DNA of 64,000 nucleotides, from contig BROI01000017.1 in assembly GCA_027923505.1 (NCBI GenBank), forward strand, positions 62,001 through 126,000, in the 5' to 3' direction. The notes below the pieces were generated by a model. It had not been told where the DNA came from and did no database searches. It worked only from the letters and a program-made list of their open reading frames with translations. Made by a program: the position numbers and the translations under genes. This DNA is from Mayamaea pseudoterrestris. Taxonomy: Eukaryota. Below, piece after piece: positions 1 through 11,780 of the stretch (positions are counted from its first letter, which is position 1; the number at the start of each line of letters is the position of its first letter).

Positions 1-1037
1 AGGACTGGAAACCTTCCAGTGAATTCGTGGCGGTCGCGCTGTTGCTTTTGCTGCTTTTTAATTCGTCGCCCTCGTCGTTCACGGCGACCAGTAGTACCGG
101 TAGCCTGTTGACTTACTCGCTTACTAGTCTGCCGCTGCTGCAGGCGCTGACCACGCGCCGCCAATGTTCCAACAAACTGCGCCAAGTAAAAGGAAAAGTA
201 TCTTGCTTCTGGCCCATGTTCAATCGCTTCAAAGGCAATGTTTGTATTATTGTAGGATCCATATTCAAACAAGTTCTTCTCCGGATGAAACTGAACGCCA
301 TAAAAGGGAAACTCTTTTGGCAACCGCGGTTCCATCGTACTGACGAATGGCTTGCCATTGGCGTCAACGTTAACAGATGTAACGTAAAAGTTCGAGGAAA
401 GCATAGAGTTTTGCAAAAACACGTTCGGATCAACTCCCATGTGATGATTGTTCATGGTTATGGGAAGGTTTGAGACCATGTTGAATACAGTAAAGTCATT
501 GTATAGTTGCGAGTTTGTGGCATCGACTTGATCCAGCGGCAAACTCATGTTCCAAGCCGCATAGTCAATCTCCAAAAGGTTTCGTCCACCGAAATACTCG
601 ACCAAATGTTCAAAGCCAAGGCAAGTTCCCCAAACACTAAAGTAGATGCCATCTTGATTGCTTCGATGCGCCTTGTCGAGCATGTATGACACGGCATGGT
701 TCAAGACGGAGCCTCCGCCTGGCAAGAATAGGGCGTTGATTTCACCAAATATTTCGTCCAGCAGATCCTGCGGAGCATCGTAGGGAATGGGAATACTTCG
801 CATGCCGCCAACTTCGAGCCATTTTTGGTAGGACGCAGCAATGTAGTTTTGACAGACTGTAGTTGTACTGCATTTCTTCAATGACGATTCATTGTGACAG
901 CCTGCTGATACGTGCTCCTGGCAAAAGGGCTCGGAAAAGACGCCAACGACTGGAGTCGACGCAGTCGCCGAACTGAACAATAGAGATAAGAAAACGAAGA
1001 ATAGACAGAATTGGATGGAGAGACTCTCCATGATCAT
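1..1037 (-). CDS. GGH: Gamma-glutamyl hydrolase (peptidase C26), secreted; 3' end runs off the window
   Basis: Not in the ORF track because there is no stop inside the window. Manual minus-strand translation from ATG 1037/1031 gives a signal peptide (MESLSIQFCLFFVFLSLLFSSATA), YIAASYQKWLE, LPGGGS, catalytic WGTCLGFE and YGVQFHPEK. Confidence 0.9.
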   Translation of the reverse strand, partial: MIMESLSIQFCLFFVFLSLLFSSATASTPVVGVFSEPFCQEHVSAGCHNESSLKKCSTTTVCQNYIAASYQKWLEVGGMRSIPIPYDAPQDLLDEIFGEINALFLPGGGSVLNHAVSYMLDKAHRSNQDGIYFSVWGTCLGFEHLVEYFGGRNLLEIDYAAWNMSLPLDQVDATNSQLYNDFTVFNMVSNLPITMNNHHMGVDPNVFLQNSMLSSNFYVTSVNVDANGKPFVSTMEPRLPKEFPFYGVQFHPEKNLFEYGSYNNTNIAFEAIEHGPEARYFSFYLAQFVGTLAARGQRLQQRQTSKRVSQQATGTTGRRERRGRRIKKQQKQQRDRHEFTGRFPV

Positions 1038-1299
1038 TTAGGCGTAAGTGACGAGTCAATGAAAGTGATGGCGAGAGGCGGACAGGGAAACGAGTGCGCG
1101 ATTTGCTGCACCGATGCTCGCTTTGTTTATTAAGTATTTCAAATATATCCTTTCAATTATCATCCAATAGAGTAGTATGTATGTATCAGCAGTCGAAAGA
1201 ATAAGGTGGAGAGGAGCAGCAGCTGCAGGACCACACGGAAGTTGTTATCAACCTGGAGGAACATTGATGATGCGCTCTGTCTCCCAGTGAGCCATTCTC

Positions 1300-1648
1300 G
1301 CGTCACGAGGCAATAGTACGAAACGAGTGCCAGTGAAAACAACGTCACAAGGCAATAGTACAAAACGAGTGCCAGTGAAAACTGCGTCATAAGGCAATAT
1401 TATGAAACAAGTGCCAGTGAAAACTGCGTCATGAGGCAATAGTACAAAACGAGTGCCAGTGAAAACTGCGTCAGCAAGCAATCTATCTGAAACGAGTGCC
1501 AGTGAAAACCCACTCATGAGGCTATAATACAAAACGACTGCCAGTGAAAACTGCGTCATAAGGCAATACTGTGAAACGTGTGCCAGTGAAAACTACGTCA
1601 CGAGGCAATAGTATGAAACGAGTGCCAGTGAAAACTGCGTCAGCAAGG
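1300..1648 (+). repeat. Tandem array of 42-bp unit (consensus AGGCAATAGTACGAAACGAGTGCCAGTGAAAACTGCGTCA-xx), 8 copies
   Basis: The GTGCCAGTG core (one copy CTGCC) starts at 1327, 1369, 1411, 1453, 1496, 1538, 1580 and 1622. Lies between divergent GGH and TatD. Confidence 0.95.
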
Positions 1649-1933
1649 CTTAAGTGGAACATGAGACGAGCACGCGGTGCACATCACAAGACGACAACAT
1701 GTTTGATGCACAAGACCATGAGATTGGTTGAGCATGCACCACGCCACTCCATCTTTACTATTACATTCAAATTCCATCAGCCATTCATTATTTACAGCCT
1801 CTTCACATACTTACGACTTTGCAGCGGAGGCAGCAGTTTCCAAAAGCTCCGCTTTGCCTTTGGATCCTCTCCTGAACTTTCATCGAGAATTCAATCGCGA
1901 GAAGGAAAGTCGACCATCAGAAGATACATCATC

Positions 1934-2974
1934 ATGTCATCCACAATGAACTCCTACATTGACATTGGCGCCAATCTGCTGGACGATCGATTCTTGCAGG
2001 GCGTCTATCGCGGCCAGGCGCGACACGAGCCAGACGTTCATCTCGTCATTCAACGAGCGCGCCAAGCCAACGTTTGCAATGTGATACTCACGGCAGGAAC
2101 ATTGGAGGAGAGTCAAAGGTCCTTGCAGTACGCGAGAGAATGGAATCAGCTGTATAGTCATAGTAGCGAGGCGGCCGACGACGACCATCATGACAACGAT
2201 ACTTGCAATGCCGCCATTGACAACAGTAGAAATCCAATACGATTCTACTCCACCGTCGGCATTCATCCCACCCGATGCCAGCAAGAGTTTGTCGACTCTC
2301 CACTTGCAGACGACGAAATACTCCAGCAACTACTAGACATTGCAAAGGACGGCATGACGGACGGAACCGTCGTGGCCATTGGCGAGATTGGACTCGACTA
2401 TGATCGACTCGAGTTTTGCGACAAACATGTTCAGCATGAATACTTGATCAAGCAACTCTTAGCATTGGCGCGACCGACTGGACTGCCACTGTTTTTGCAC
2501 AATCGCAGCGTCAGCCGCGACTTGGTGCAAGTCTTGCGCGAACATGAGGATTGCTGGAAGCAAGCTGGCGCAGTTGCACATTCGTTCGATGATACGCTGG
2601 AGCTGGCGCAGGAATTCATCGAGCTGGGCTGCTACATTGGCTTGAATGGCTGCAGTCTCCGCACCGAAGACAATTTGAACACGGTCAAGGAGCTTCCGCT
2701 TGATCACATTCTACTGGAAACAGACTGCCCCTACTGCGAGGTTCGTCCAACGCATGCTGGCTACAAGTACATTCAGACGCAGTTTGAAGCCAAGGCGGAG
2801 AAGAAGTACGAGCGAAGCAAGCTAGTCAAGAGTCGTCAGGAACCATGTCACGTGGTGCAAGTGGCGGAAATCATTGCCGGAGTCAAGGATTTGGATTTGA
2901 AAGTAGTTGCAGATGCTTGCTTTGAGAATACGCGTCGATTGTTTCGTTTTGCGGCTGACGATGACGACATATAG
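1934..2974 (+). CDS. TatD-family deoxyribonuclease (TATDN1-like)
   Basis: YIDIGANL, STVGIHPTRC, AIGEIGLDYDRL, LFLHNR, HSF, LLETDCPYC. The upstream part of the track ORF (1571-1933) is repeat/UTR. Confidence 0.92.
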   Translation: MSSTMNSYIDIGANLLDDRFLQGVYRGQARHEPDVHLVIQRARQANVCNVILTAGTLEESQRSLQYAREWNQLYSHSSEAADDDHHDNDTCNAAIDNSRNPIRFYSTVGIHPTRCQQEFVDSPLADDEILQQLLDIAKDGMTDGTVVAIGEIGLDYDRLEFCDKHVQHEYLIKQLLALARPTGLPLFLHNRSVSRDLVQVLREHEDCWKQAGAVAHSFDDTLELAQEFIELGCYIGLNGCSLRTEDNLNTVKELPLDHILLETDCPYCEVRPTHAGYKYIQTQFEAKAEKKYERSKLVKSRQEPCHVVQVAEIIAGVKDLDLKVVADACFENTRRLFRFAADDDDI

Positions 2975-3314
2975 AAACTTTCAAATAGTAGATGTAACAT
3001 GATATGCTTGTTACTTCTTAACGGTTTGAATGGACGTACTACTTGTTAGCTACGGCAGCGCTGTTTCAGTCGCTGCACCACATGCCGCGATGGCGCGCCA
3101 AGCCGTTTCATCAATGACGTCATTTCCCATCGCATCGGTACACACACAATGGATCCTGGAATCCGAAAGAACTTTGCGCAATCCTCCATCCATCTTTGAA
3201 GCTCTTTGGCTTCCACTGGATTTCTTCGTTTCTCTTCTTGCGTTTCAAGTGAGAGAGATTGTGCGCTAGCTCAAAGATCTTGTTATCAATTTACAACAAT
3301 CTCTTACAACCACC

Positions 3315-5587
3315 ATGACGAACAAAAAGACTGACGATCTCGCCATTACGTGCATCAACACGATTCGCTGCGTCTCGGCCGACCAGCCGCAGAATGCCAA
3401 CAGCGGTCACCCTGGGGCGCCCATGGGATGCGCCCCCATGGCGCACTTGCTTTGGGGAGAAATGATGAATTACTCGAGCAAGGACCCGGCCTGGGTGAAC
3501 CGTGATCGCTTTGTGCTGAGCAATGGACATGCCTGCGCCTTGCAGTACACGATGCTGCACTTGACTGGATACGACTTGAGCATTCAGGATTTGAAGGAGT
3601 TTCGCAAGCTCAATAGCAAGACTCCGGGACACCCCGAGTGTTTTGCGTCGGATGGTATGTTTTTATACACGCGAGCTTGCGAGTGGTTGAAATTTGCGAG
3701 AGGAGAGATGCGATAGGACGAGAAGGATGATCAAATATCAACAACTTGATGATCTCCTTGATCGAATCTTCTTGACAAGTGCTTGCGCTAAGCTATATGC
3801 TTGTATCTAATGTTTTCCTTGTTGCTCTTTTACATTCAGGCATTGAGCTCACGACGGGTCCACTTGGCCAAGGCATTTCCAACGCTGTCGGATTGGCCAT
3901 TGCCGAGCGCCACCTTGCCGCGACCTTTAACCAAGACAAGTTTGACGTCTTTGACCACTATACCTATGTCATTTGCGGAGATGGGTGCTTGCAGGAAGGT
4001 GTTTCGGGCGAGTCTGGCTCACTTGCTGGACATTTGGGACTTGGTCGCTTGATTGTCTTGTACGATGACAATTCCATTACCATTGATGGAGAAACGGAGC
4101 TTTCCTTTACCGAGGATGTCTTGAAGCGCTACGAAGCCTATGGTTGGCACACTCAGTCGGTTCCTGATGTTGCCAATAACGTCGACGAGTTGCGCGAGGC
4201 CATTTTGAAGGCGCGAGCCGTCACGGACAAGCCAAGCATGATCAAGGTCAAGACCATGATTGGACAGGGCAGTCCTTCCAAGCAAGGCAAGGAGAGTGCG
4301 CATGGATCGCCACTTGGCAAGGACGATCTTGCGGCAATGAAGAAGTCGTACGGCTTTCCTCCCGACCAAGACTTTTACATTCCCAAGGAAGTTCAAGACT
4401 ACTACGACAAGGCGTCGGCCAAGGCTGACGAGAAGCGCTTGGAATGGGAGAAAATGTTCCAAGACTACACCAAGGCGCATCCCGAGCAGGCGGCGGAGAT
4501 TTCGCGTCGGTTCGCCCACAAGTTGCCCGAAGGTATTTTGGACAAGCTTCCTACTTACAAGGCTGGCAAGGACAAGGATTTGGCCACGCGCAAGCACAGT
4601 CAGTTGTGCTTGACCGCAATCGGTCCCAACATGCCCGAACTCATTGGAGGGTCAGCCGACTTGACTCCTTCCAACTTGACCGACTATCCTGGCGTTGTCG
4701 ACTTCCAAAAGGACAGTTACATGGGACGCTACTTGCGCTTTGGTGTGCGCGAGCACGGCATGGTGGCCATTTCCAACGGAATATTTGCGCACGGTGGATT
4801 GCGCCCGTACTGCGCCACCTTTCTCAACTTTACCGGCTACTGCCTGGGTGCGATTCGCTTGACGGCGTTGAGTCGATTCGGTGTCATTTTCGTCATGACG
4901 CACGACTCCATTGGCTTGGGCGAGGATGGACCTACACATCAGCCCGTTGAGACTTTGGAGCAGCTGCGCTGCCTGCCCAACATTCACGTCTTTCGGCCAG
5001 CCGATGGCAACGAAATGGCGGCAGCCTACGCGTCGGCCTTGAACACCTTTGAAACGCCAACGGTCATTTGCTGCTCGCGCAGTACGGTCAAGAATTTGGA
5101 ATCGTCGTCGGTTGAAAAGGCTGGCAAGGGAGCGTATGCTGTCATTGAAGAGGCCAACCCCGACCTTGTTGTCATTTCAACTGGATCGGAAGTCGAGTTT
5201 TGCGTTGCTGCGGTTGAAAAGCTGGTTGAGTCTGGCATCAAGACACGCGTCGTGTCCATGCCTTGCCAGGAAATCTTTTTGAATCAGTCGGAAGAGTACC
5301 AACGCTCCGTCTTGTCCGGCAATGTTCCAACGCTGTCTGTCGAGGCGTCTGTTGTGAATGGCTGGCACCGTTTTAGCCATGGTCAGATTGCCATGGGCAA
5401 GTACGGAGCCAGTGGAGCAGGCCCCGAAGTGTTCAAGGAGTTTGGATTCAACGCCGAAAACATTGCTGAACAGGGCAAGAACCTCGTCGACTTTTACAAA
5501 AAGCATGGCAATATTCCGGACGTGATGAACCGGCCTCTTCCGTTCTACAAGTTGAACGTTGGACAAGGCGAAGGCGTTCCTCATTAA
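3315..5587 (+). CDS. TKL: Transketolase, probably cytosolic; exons 3315-3654 and 3840-5587
   Basis: [25 protein letters not shown] | [36 protein letters not shown] intron 3655-3839 restores the frame. No presequence. Confidence 0.96.
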
Positions 5588-5703
5588 GCCATTGTAGATA
5601 GTTGAAAAGGAATTAGTATTTGTTTACACTTTTACATGCTAATTGTAGTTGTAGCGTTGACGTTCGAATATGTATTGATTGCATATGTAATTCTTGTGTA
5701 GTA

Positions 5704-6576
5704 TCAGCTAATGTCACTCGTCCGATTCGCCATTGCCAGTGCGGTATACTTTAAACCACCAGCTTGCTGCACCAGCTTTGCCTTTCGTTCCGCTCTCGCT
5801 CTCGTCGTTTCTCTTAGTTCCAATTCTCGCTCGGCAAAGCGAGCCGCCGTTTGCGCCTGCTTGCGCAAAAAGTGTGGCTCGTCCTCCAACGAATCAAGGC
5901 TCAAGTCTATGCGCCGCTGACGCTCCCACTCCATCAAGACTTGCAGGTGATGGATGAGATTATTGCGAATGTCATTGGTGACTGGAATGTATGATGGTGT
6001 AGAAGAAGATAAGGGTGGCGATGCAGCTGCTTCCTGCGATGGTGTACGGGGAGCGTCGTCGTCTTGGTCATCATGATACTCGCCGTTGCTTGCAGTATTT
6101 CCTCCGCCTCCCTCTTGAATGAATATAAATCTCAGCTCCTCCTTGGCGGGTCCTTCCTGCTTTCCGTGTCTGACAATGGGAGGCTTTCCAAGTAGTACAA
6201 CTTGACCGGAAGGTTCCAAAATGACGCGATCGATCCGGCCGAGTGCGACGCTGCAAAGCGTCTTGTTATTTTGATTTACAACGGCAAGCTCTGGATCGGA
6301 ATTGTCATTGTCGCGAAATAAAAGTCGAGCGGCTACTTGGTCTGCTTCCATGTCGTTACTGTTAGCATTGCTGGCATTCTTGAATAGACTAGTCAGCGTT
6401 GCCATGGGATTGCCGATGCTTGACTTGCTGCTGCTAGTTCGCATGTTTAATATGCGCTGCTTCTGCAGGGCTTTCAACGCATGTCGAGCATTTCGATCCT
6501 CCTCCTTCTCGAAACATGGACAGAGGCCGCTGATGAAGGATAGATGAATAATGGGACTAAAGAATGTAGCAGACAT
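5704..6576 (-). CDS. Hypothetical protein with C-terminal coiled coil
   Basis: Long open frame (track ORF 5704-6783) with protein-like composition; likely start ATG 6576. No family recognised. Confidence 0.65.
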   Translation of the reverse strand: MSATFFSPIIHLSFISGLCPCFEKEEDRNARHALKALQKQRILNMRTSSSKSSIGNPMATLTSLFKNASNANSNDMEADQVAARLLFRDNDNSDPELAVVNQNNKTLCSVALGRIDRVILEPSGQVVLLGKPPIVRHGKQEGPAKEELRFIFIQEGGGGNTASNGEYHDDQDDDAPRTPSQEAAASPPLSSSTPSYIPVTNDIRNNLIHHLQVLMEWERQRRIDLSLDSLEDEPHFLRKQAQTAARFAERELELRETTRARAERKAKLVQQAGGLKYTALAMANRTSDIS

Positions 6577-6793
6577 GATAAAATGTTTGACCGTGATGGA
6601 TGAAGTGATCAATGGAGCCGCCGCAGCGCGACGGCGCGCCAGAGCTTGAGTACCGCTACGACATTGCGTGACCGACCGTTGAATCTTGCCGCGCCAAGGC
6701 GTTTCGAACGTTTGTTCCGTCGCAGCGAGCGATTTGCACCATGGAATATAAGCCGGTGAATCGAAGTTATACTGAAACACCATTCAAGCCAGT

Positions 6794-9700
6794 ATGCGAA
6801 TACCAAACTATACTTCTACTACTAGTGTAGGCAGCAGCAGACAGTCGAGCGAGACGAGTTCTGCTGCGTCAGAACGATCCGAGGAGGAATCATCGTCATC
6901 GAGTGGCAACATCGATGACTACAATCACCATATGGAAGAACAGCAGATTGAAACAGCCATGCGTCAACCTGTTGCTCCGGCTCATCCGCAGCAAACAGCT
7001 AATACTCAAGTCAGACCTGGAATATTAAAGAATAAAATGTCAAATTACCAGCAGCAATTGCTTTCCACTGATCATGCTGCGGCGCAGGAGCCATCGCCGC
7101 CTACAGCCGCACCTCCTCGGCCGTCACCTCCTCCTCCGCCGTTGCCAGCTCCGTCGTCACCTTCAGCAAACGTACCGGTAGCGAAAGGATCGGTCAAGTC
7201 GAGGGCTGCCGCGTACATGGCGACGCTGCAAAGCAACGCGCCGCCGCATCCTTCAGTCTCACCGACGAGAACGTGGCAGAAACCAGTCGTTGCAACGCCA
7301 ACAACAATTATGAACGATGCGAGACAAGCTGTATCACTACCAAACATAAATCTGCAGAGTCCCAAACCAACACTAACATCAAGCAGCAATACTCAAATGA
7401 GTCCACTGCAGGCTCGATTCTACCAGGAAACCAGCAGTCAACACTCGAGCCTAACACACAGCAAGGATCCCCTGCTTGAATTGGTTTCCATTGACGACAC
7501 CAACACATTCTACGAGGACAAGGAGGAGGACGAGGACGACGATGAGGAGGAAGTTTCCTATGAACGCTCCCACTCCCACTTTGATTCGGACGAGGAAGAT
7601 GACGACCACGCCGACGTTAGTTACGACGATTCCTTCGTCGAGGAAACCATTGGCGAGGACGAATATGAAAGTGTTGAGGAAACCATTGTGGAGGAGTCCG
7701 ACACTGAAGTTGACTCGCGACTTTCCACGCCGCCCGGATCGGCCTATGGAAGTTTGCTGCAGAGTAGCAGGCATGATGCCGATGATTATGAGGACGACGA
7801 GTCGGAGGAAGAAGAAGTCGAGGAAGAGTCTGAACCAAGCGAAGAGTCGGAGTCGCAGTCCGCGTCGGCAGAGACGGGCTCGGGTTCCAGGTCCATCGAC
7901 GAGGATTATTCCGGTCATGAAGACGAACGACTGTCGGAACCAAAGTCGGCGCTCGACTTGGAAGGCGCCAGCATTGACCCGTCGAGTAGCCACCACTACG
8001 ATCCGGAAACGCCGCTCGTTACCAACAAGTCGAGGTTGGATCGGGAGCATGAACATGAACAAGCGTTCTTGTCGTCGCCGACAAACTCGCAGAAGCAATC
8101 TCCACGTGGAAAGCTTAGTCCAGGCAACTTGTTGCGGCGGGCAAGCAAGAATGCTGGGTATCAAGATCTTCCGTCGGCTCCCATGAGCGACGAGGGCGAC
8201 AAGCGAGAGGATACGATATCAGTTTCAACTTACGAACCGCCTCCTACCATGCTGCGGTCGCCTTCTGGAAAGAAGTCGCAGGCAAAGCTTCCGCCGAAGT
8301 CGCAGCAGCGAGTTAAAGCAGTGCCTTTTAAAAAGGCAGGAAAACCGATAGAAGGGAGTGGACGTGTGCACACTGCGGCAGCAGTAAGTGAAGGGGCCCG
8401 AACTTACAGTAAATCTAATCTCGATAAATCACGACAATTGAATGAAAGCTTTTGGCGAGATAGACGAGTCCTGGCCTTACTTTGCTTTGTCCTTTTACTG
8501 ATCATCGCTGGAGTTGTCGGGTTGGTACTTTGGCTGGTCAAAGGAAGGGAGAATGAATCGAACGACTCGTCATATCCAGTCCCAGTGCCGGCACCGACAG
8601 TGTTTCCGGCACGCAAACCTGTAAGCCCTCGCTTGCCAACGCTACAGCCAAACGCCACAAGCCCGACACCAACAGTAACACCTTTTGTTTCTGGCGACGC
8701 TATTTTGGCGTTTCGTAACTCCTTGCCGGCGTACACTATCTCCGCACTCGATAACGACTCCTTTTCACCACAGTCGCAAGCCTTTGCTTGGTCCACGTCC
8801 GAGTCGCAGTTTCAAAGCTTACCACTTGATCGGCAGCAACTTCGCTTCGCCTTGGCAACGTTGTATTACTCCACGTCGGGGGATTCTTGGACAAACAATG
8901 CCTTTTGGCTATCGTCAGTGAATGAATGCTTCTGGTGGACCGACGGAGCGGCAAGTTGTCAGGGCACACAATTTGCAGTATTGGAACTAGTGGACAACAA
9001 TTTGAATGGTGTTCTTCCTTTGGAGCTTGGAATGCTGAGTGGATTGACATCGTTGGCGATTGAGCGAAACGTCGGATTGGTCGGCAGCATCCCAACGACG
9101 ATTGCCTCTCTTTCGGACCTCCAATCGCTTGCTTTACGAGGGAACGGTCTTGTTGGGTCGATTCCGGCAACTTTGACTGGATTGAGTTTCCTCGCATCGA
9201 TGGATCTTTCCGAAAATGCATTGACAGGCTCAATCGTTTCCGAACTGGCCTCCATGACGACGTTATCATCGCTGTATCTCAGTCAAAACCGTTTGACTGG
9301 AAGCTTACCGATGAGTCTGGGTGCGTTAAGCTCACTACGCTACCTTTGTCTAGATGGCAATGCACTAGTTGGTCTTGTGCCCGACTCGCTGAGCAACCTG
9401 ACAAGTTTGCTCAAGCTGCAGCTCCAGGATAATGATCTTTCGGGAACGCTGGCTAGAGATATGTTCTCAAACATTGGTGGTGGTAGCCTGATCACCTTCA
9501 ATGTCGGTAACAATAGTTTAGCCGGGTCCATTCCGCCGACGATTGGCCGTCTTGGCGACGTTCGATACGTCATCATGTCGAACAATGGACTCACTGGCAC
9601 ATTGCCAACAACATTGGGACGACTGCAATTTTCCAAGCTACTAGACGTTGGCAACAACTTGTTGAGCGGTAGCATTCCTTCTGAGCTTGCACTCATGACG

Positions 9701-9856
9701 TCGCTCAAATCGCTGGTGCTTTCTGGAAACGGCTTTACTGGTTCCGTCCCGTCCGAGCTTTGCAATCTGATCCAGCTCAACGATCTTCTCATCTCGATTG
9801 ACTGCGACGGAGTCACTTGCTCTTGCGGCTGCATGTGCTACGTTGCTGCAACTTGA
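6794..9856 (+). CDS. Single-pass LRR protein: disordered acidic N-terminus, TM helix, plant-type LRRs
   Basis: TM segment VLALLCFVLLLIIAGVVGLVLWLV; QRFALATLYYST..W....WLS...C.W cap; about 11 LxxLxLxxNxLxGxIP repeats; CxCxC tail. Confidence 0.9.
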   Translation: MRIPNYTSTTSVGSSRQSSETSSAASERSEEESSSSSGNIDDYNHHMEEQQIETAMRQPVAPAHPQQTANTQVRPGILKNKMSNYQQQLLSTDHAAAQEPSPPTAAPPRPSPPPPPLPAPSSPSANVPVAKGSVKSRAAAYMATLQSNAPPHPSVSPTRTWQKPVVATPTTIMNDARQAVSLPNINLQSPKPTLTSSSNTQMSPLQARFYQETSSQHSSLTHSKDPLLELVSIDDTNTFYEDKEEDEDDDEEEVSYERSHSHFDSDEEDDDHADVSYDDSFVEETIGEDEYESVEETIVEESDTEVDSRLSTPPGSAYGSLLQSSRHDADDYEDDESEEEEVEEESEPSEESESQSASAETGSGSRSIDEDYSGHEDERLSEPKSALDLEGASIDPSSSHHYDPETPLVTNKSRLDREHEHEQAFLSSPTNSQKQSPRGKLSPGNLLRRASKNAGYQDLPSAPMSDEGDKREDTISVSTYEPPPTMLRSPSGKKSQAKLPPKSQQRVKAVPFKKAGKPIEGSGRVHTAAAVSEGARTYSKSNLDKSRQLNESFWRDRRVLALLCFVLLLIIAGVVGLVLWLVKGRENESNDSSYPVPVPAPTVFPARKPVSPRLPTLQPNATSPTPTVTPFVSGDAILAFRNSLPAYTISALDNDSFSPQSQAFAWSTSESQFQSLPLDRQQLRFALATLYYSTSGDSWTNNAFWLSSVNECFWWTDGAASCQGTQFAVLELVDNNLNGVLPLELGMLSGLTSLAIERNVGLVGSIPTTIASLSDLQSLALRGNGLVGSIPATLTGLSFLASMDLSENALTGSIVSELASMTTLSSLYLSQNRLTGSLPMSLGALSSLRYLCLDGNALVGLVPDSLSNLTSLLKLQLQDNDLSGTLARDMFSNIGGGSLITFNVGNNSLAGSIPPTIGRLGDVRYVIMSNNGLTGTLPTTLGRLQFSKLLDVGNNLLSGSIPSELALMTSLKSLVLSGNGFTGSVPSELCNLIQLNDLLISIDCDGVTCSCGCMCYVAAT

Positions 9857-10422
9857 ATAACAAAGAAACTTACTTATGAGCCCGCGCCACTTTTACAGGG
9901 TAAAGATTAACATATTCTTTTTCTCATTGTAATAATGCTTGCGAGTCCTCCTCAGCTACCGCTGTGGCTCTACCGGTAGTCAACGCACAAATAGCAAGGT
10001 AGCTGCTTTTAGTTGTAACCAAATAGCACTCTGCCATATCCCGTAATAACTATTTTGCCAAGTTGTAACGTTTCAAAACAATTCTTGTACTTGCAAGAGA
10101 TTCTTTGCACCGCGCGAATAGCTAACCGTAGCTGGTGCGCGTAGGCGCGGATGGCGCGCCTGGATTCCAGTGCGACATCGAGCAAGATTTCGAATTTCGT
10201 TCACTGCGCGACCGAATAGAATAGAATGATGAGCACCAAGGCAGACGATCAGCGTTATTTGCAGCCTAATTTGATCGCTCGAGGTATCTACATTGGTTTC
10301 AAATTCTCTGGCTTACAAAGTTGTTGCGATTCTTGCATCGGTTTCGGTAGCACGAAAGATTGACCATAGCAATAGCATCGGCACGTCACGTCACCACATC
10401 ACACTTTTGCAAGTCCATCATC

Positions 10423-11460
10423 ATGACGACGATGCGCGCCATTGTTTACGGAATCGAAGCGCCAGAACTGCAAAGATTTCCACTCGTAACTCCAAAATCA
10501 AACCAAGTCTTGATCAAAGTGCGATCAGCTGGCTTGAATCCCGTCGACGCCAAGTTGGTCGTTGGCGACAAGATTCCATTTCAACGAATCACGAAATGGT
10601 TGCGAAAATTCTACATTCATTCCAAGATTCCAGGCTTTGACTTTTCTGGAACGGTCGTCGATGACGCGCACGGGTTTCGAGCTGGCGACGCAGTGTTTGG
10701 AACGGTTCCTCCGTTTACGGGAACGCTGACCGAGTACTTGGTCGCACCAGTGGATCAAGTCTACTACAAGCCACAAGCACTATCCTTTCACGAGGCAGCA
10801 GTTTTGCCATTGGTTGGATTGACGGCGCTGCAGTGTCTGCAGGAGCATGTGACGAGCGAGTCGAGCGTCTTGATCATTGGCGCGAGCGGAGGCACGGGCC
10901 ATGTCGCGATCCAAGTCGCCAAGGCGCTGGGTGCCGAGCACGTTTCCGCCGTTTGCAGCGCATCCAGTGCCGAATTTTGTCGAAATATGGGAGCCGACAT
11001 GATCTTGGACTATCGAAAGGACCTGTTGGAGCAGCTGCAACATCAGCAAGTTCAATACGATGTCGTCATGGACTGCGTCACATCGGATGATCCTCGAGAC
11101 ACGGCTCCCTATTATTATCCTCGCTTGATTCAGCAAATTGGTGCGAGTGACCATCTACCACCATGGCTATCACCAAACTATATATATCGGCGACTTGGTG
11201 GTGATACACGCGACTGGATTCGCGCTGGCTTGGAACGAACGCTTGGATTCAATTGTTGGAACAAGCACGAGAAACTCTTTTGGATCCGCTTTCCAAACTC
11301 GAGCGGCGAGCTCAAGCAGCTTGCGGTTTGGGCGGATCATAAGCAGCTGGCTCCAAAGATAAATCAAGTGTATGAATTCAATGAAAAAGGAGTCAAAAAT
11401 GCATTCGATGCAATCTTGGATCGACGTGTCAAGGGGAAGGTGGTAGTTGATATCTCATAG
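10423..11460 (+). CDS. MDR-superfamily NADPH quinone oxidoreductase-like protein
   Basis: VLIKVRSAGLNPVDAK, IPGFDFSGTV, LPLVGLTALQ, LIIGASGGTG, GKVVV. Confidence 0.9.
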   Translation: MTTMRAIVYGIEAPELQRFPLVTPKSNQVLIKVRSAGLNPVDAKLVVGDKIPFQRITKWLRKFYIHSKIPGFDFSGTVVDDAHGFRAGDAVFGTVPPFTGTLTEYLVAPVDQVYYKPQALSFHEAAVLPLVGLTALQCLQEHVTSESSVLIIGASGGTGHVAIQVAKALGAEHVSAVCSASSAEFCRNMGADMILDYRKDLLEQLQHQQVQYDVVMDCVTSDDPRDTAPYYYPRLIQQIGASDHLPPWLSPNYIYRRLGGDTRDWIRAGLERTLGFNCWNKHEKLFWIRFPNSSGELKQLAVWADHKQLAPKINQVYEFNEKGVKNAFDAILDRRVKGKVVVDIS

Positions 11461-11516
11461 GAAGCAAATACGATGATGCCAATTCAAGCAACCTTACTAC
11501 TGTTGAAAAAGGCGCA

Positions 11517-11780
11517 ATGCCGGAAACGGTGCCAGCAATACTGAAACCAGACAGAGGTAAAATTGCCGTAATGAGCTACCATAGTTCGGAGGATTCATTG
11601 TCAAGCGCGTCATGCGTGACGGTTGCCTTGGCAAGGAGGTGCACGTTTAGGATATATACGGCAACGACATTGGACCTTTTAAACTCTTTGGACCAGTTGG
11701 TATAGCTCAAGGCAACCAAGGAGGAAGTGGAAATTAATCGAGGGCAAGGAGCGCCACTGTGCGGGTGACGAAGAAGATGT
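11517..11780 (+). pseudogene. Decayed C-terminal fragment of RsmH/METTL15 rRNA methyltransferase
   Basis: Across frameshifts and a stop it reads LKPDRGKIAVMSYHSSED / IVKRVMRDG..*DIYGNDIGPFK / KATKEEVEIN / RARSATVRV. This matches the RsmH C-terminal motifs SYHSLED and NPRARSAKLR. Confidence 0.7.

Noticed and set aside
1300..1648. 42-bp arrays as CRISPR arrays
   Set aside because: The whole unit is repeated with no unique spacers, the context is eukaryotic, and no cas genes are present. TatD and HNH nearby are ordinary genes.
1571..1933. N-terminal extension of TatD in the ORF track
   Set aside because: It starts at a GTG inside the 42-bp array and reads through repeat and UTR; homology begins after ATG 1934.
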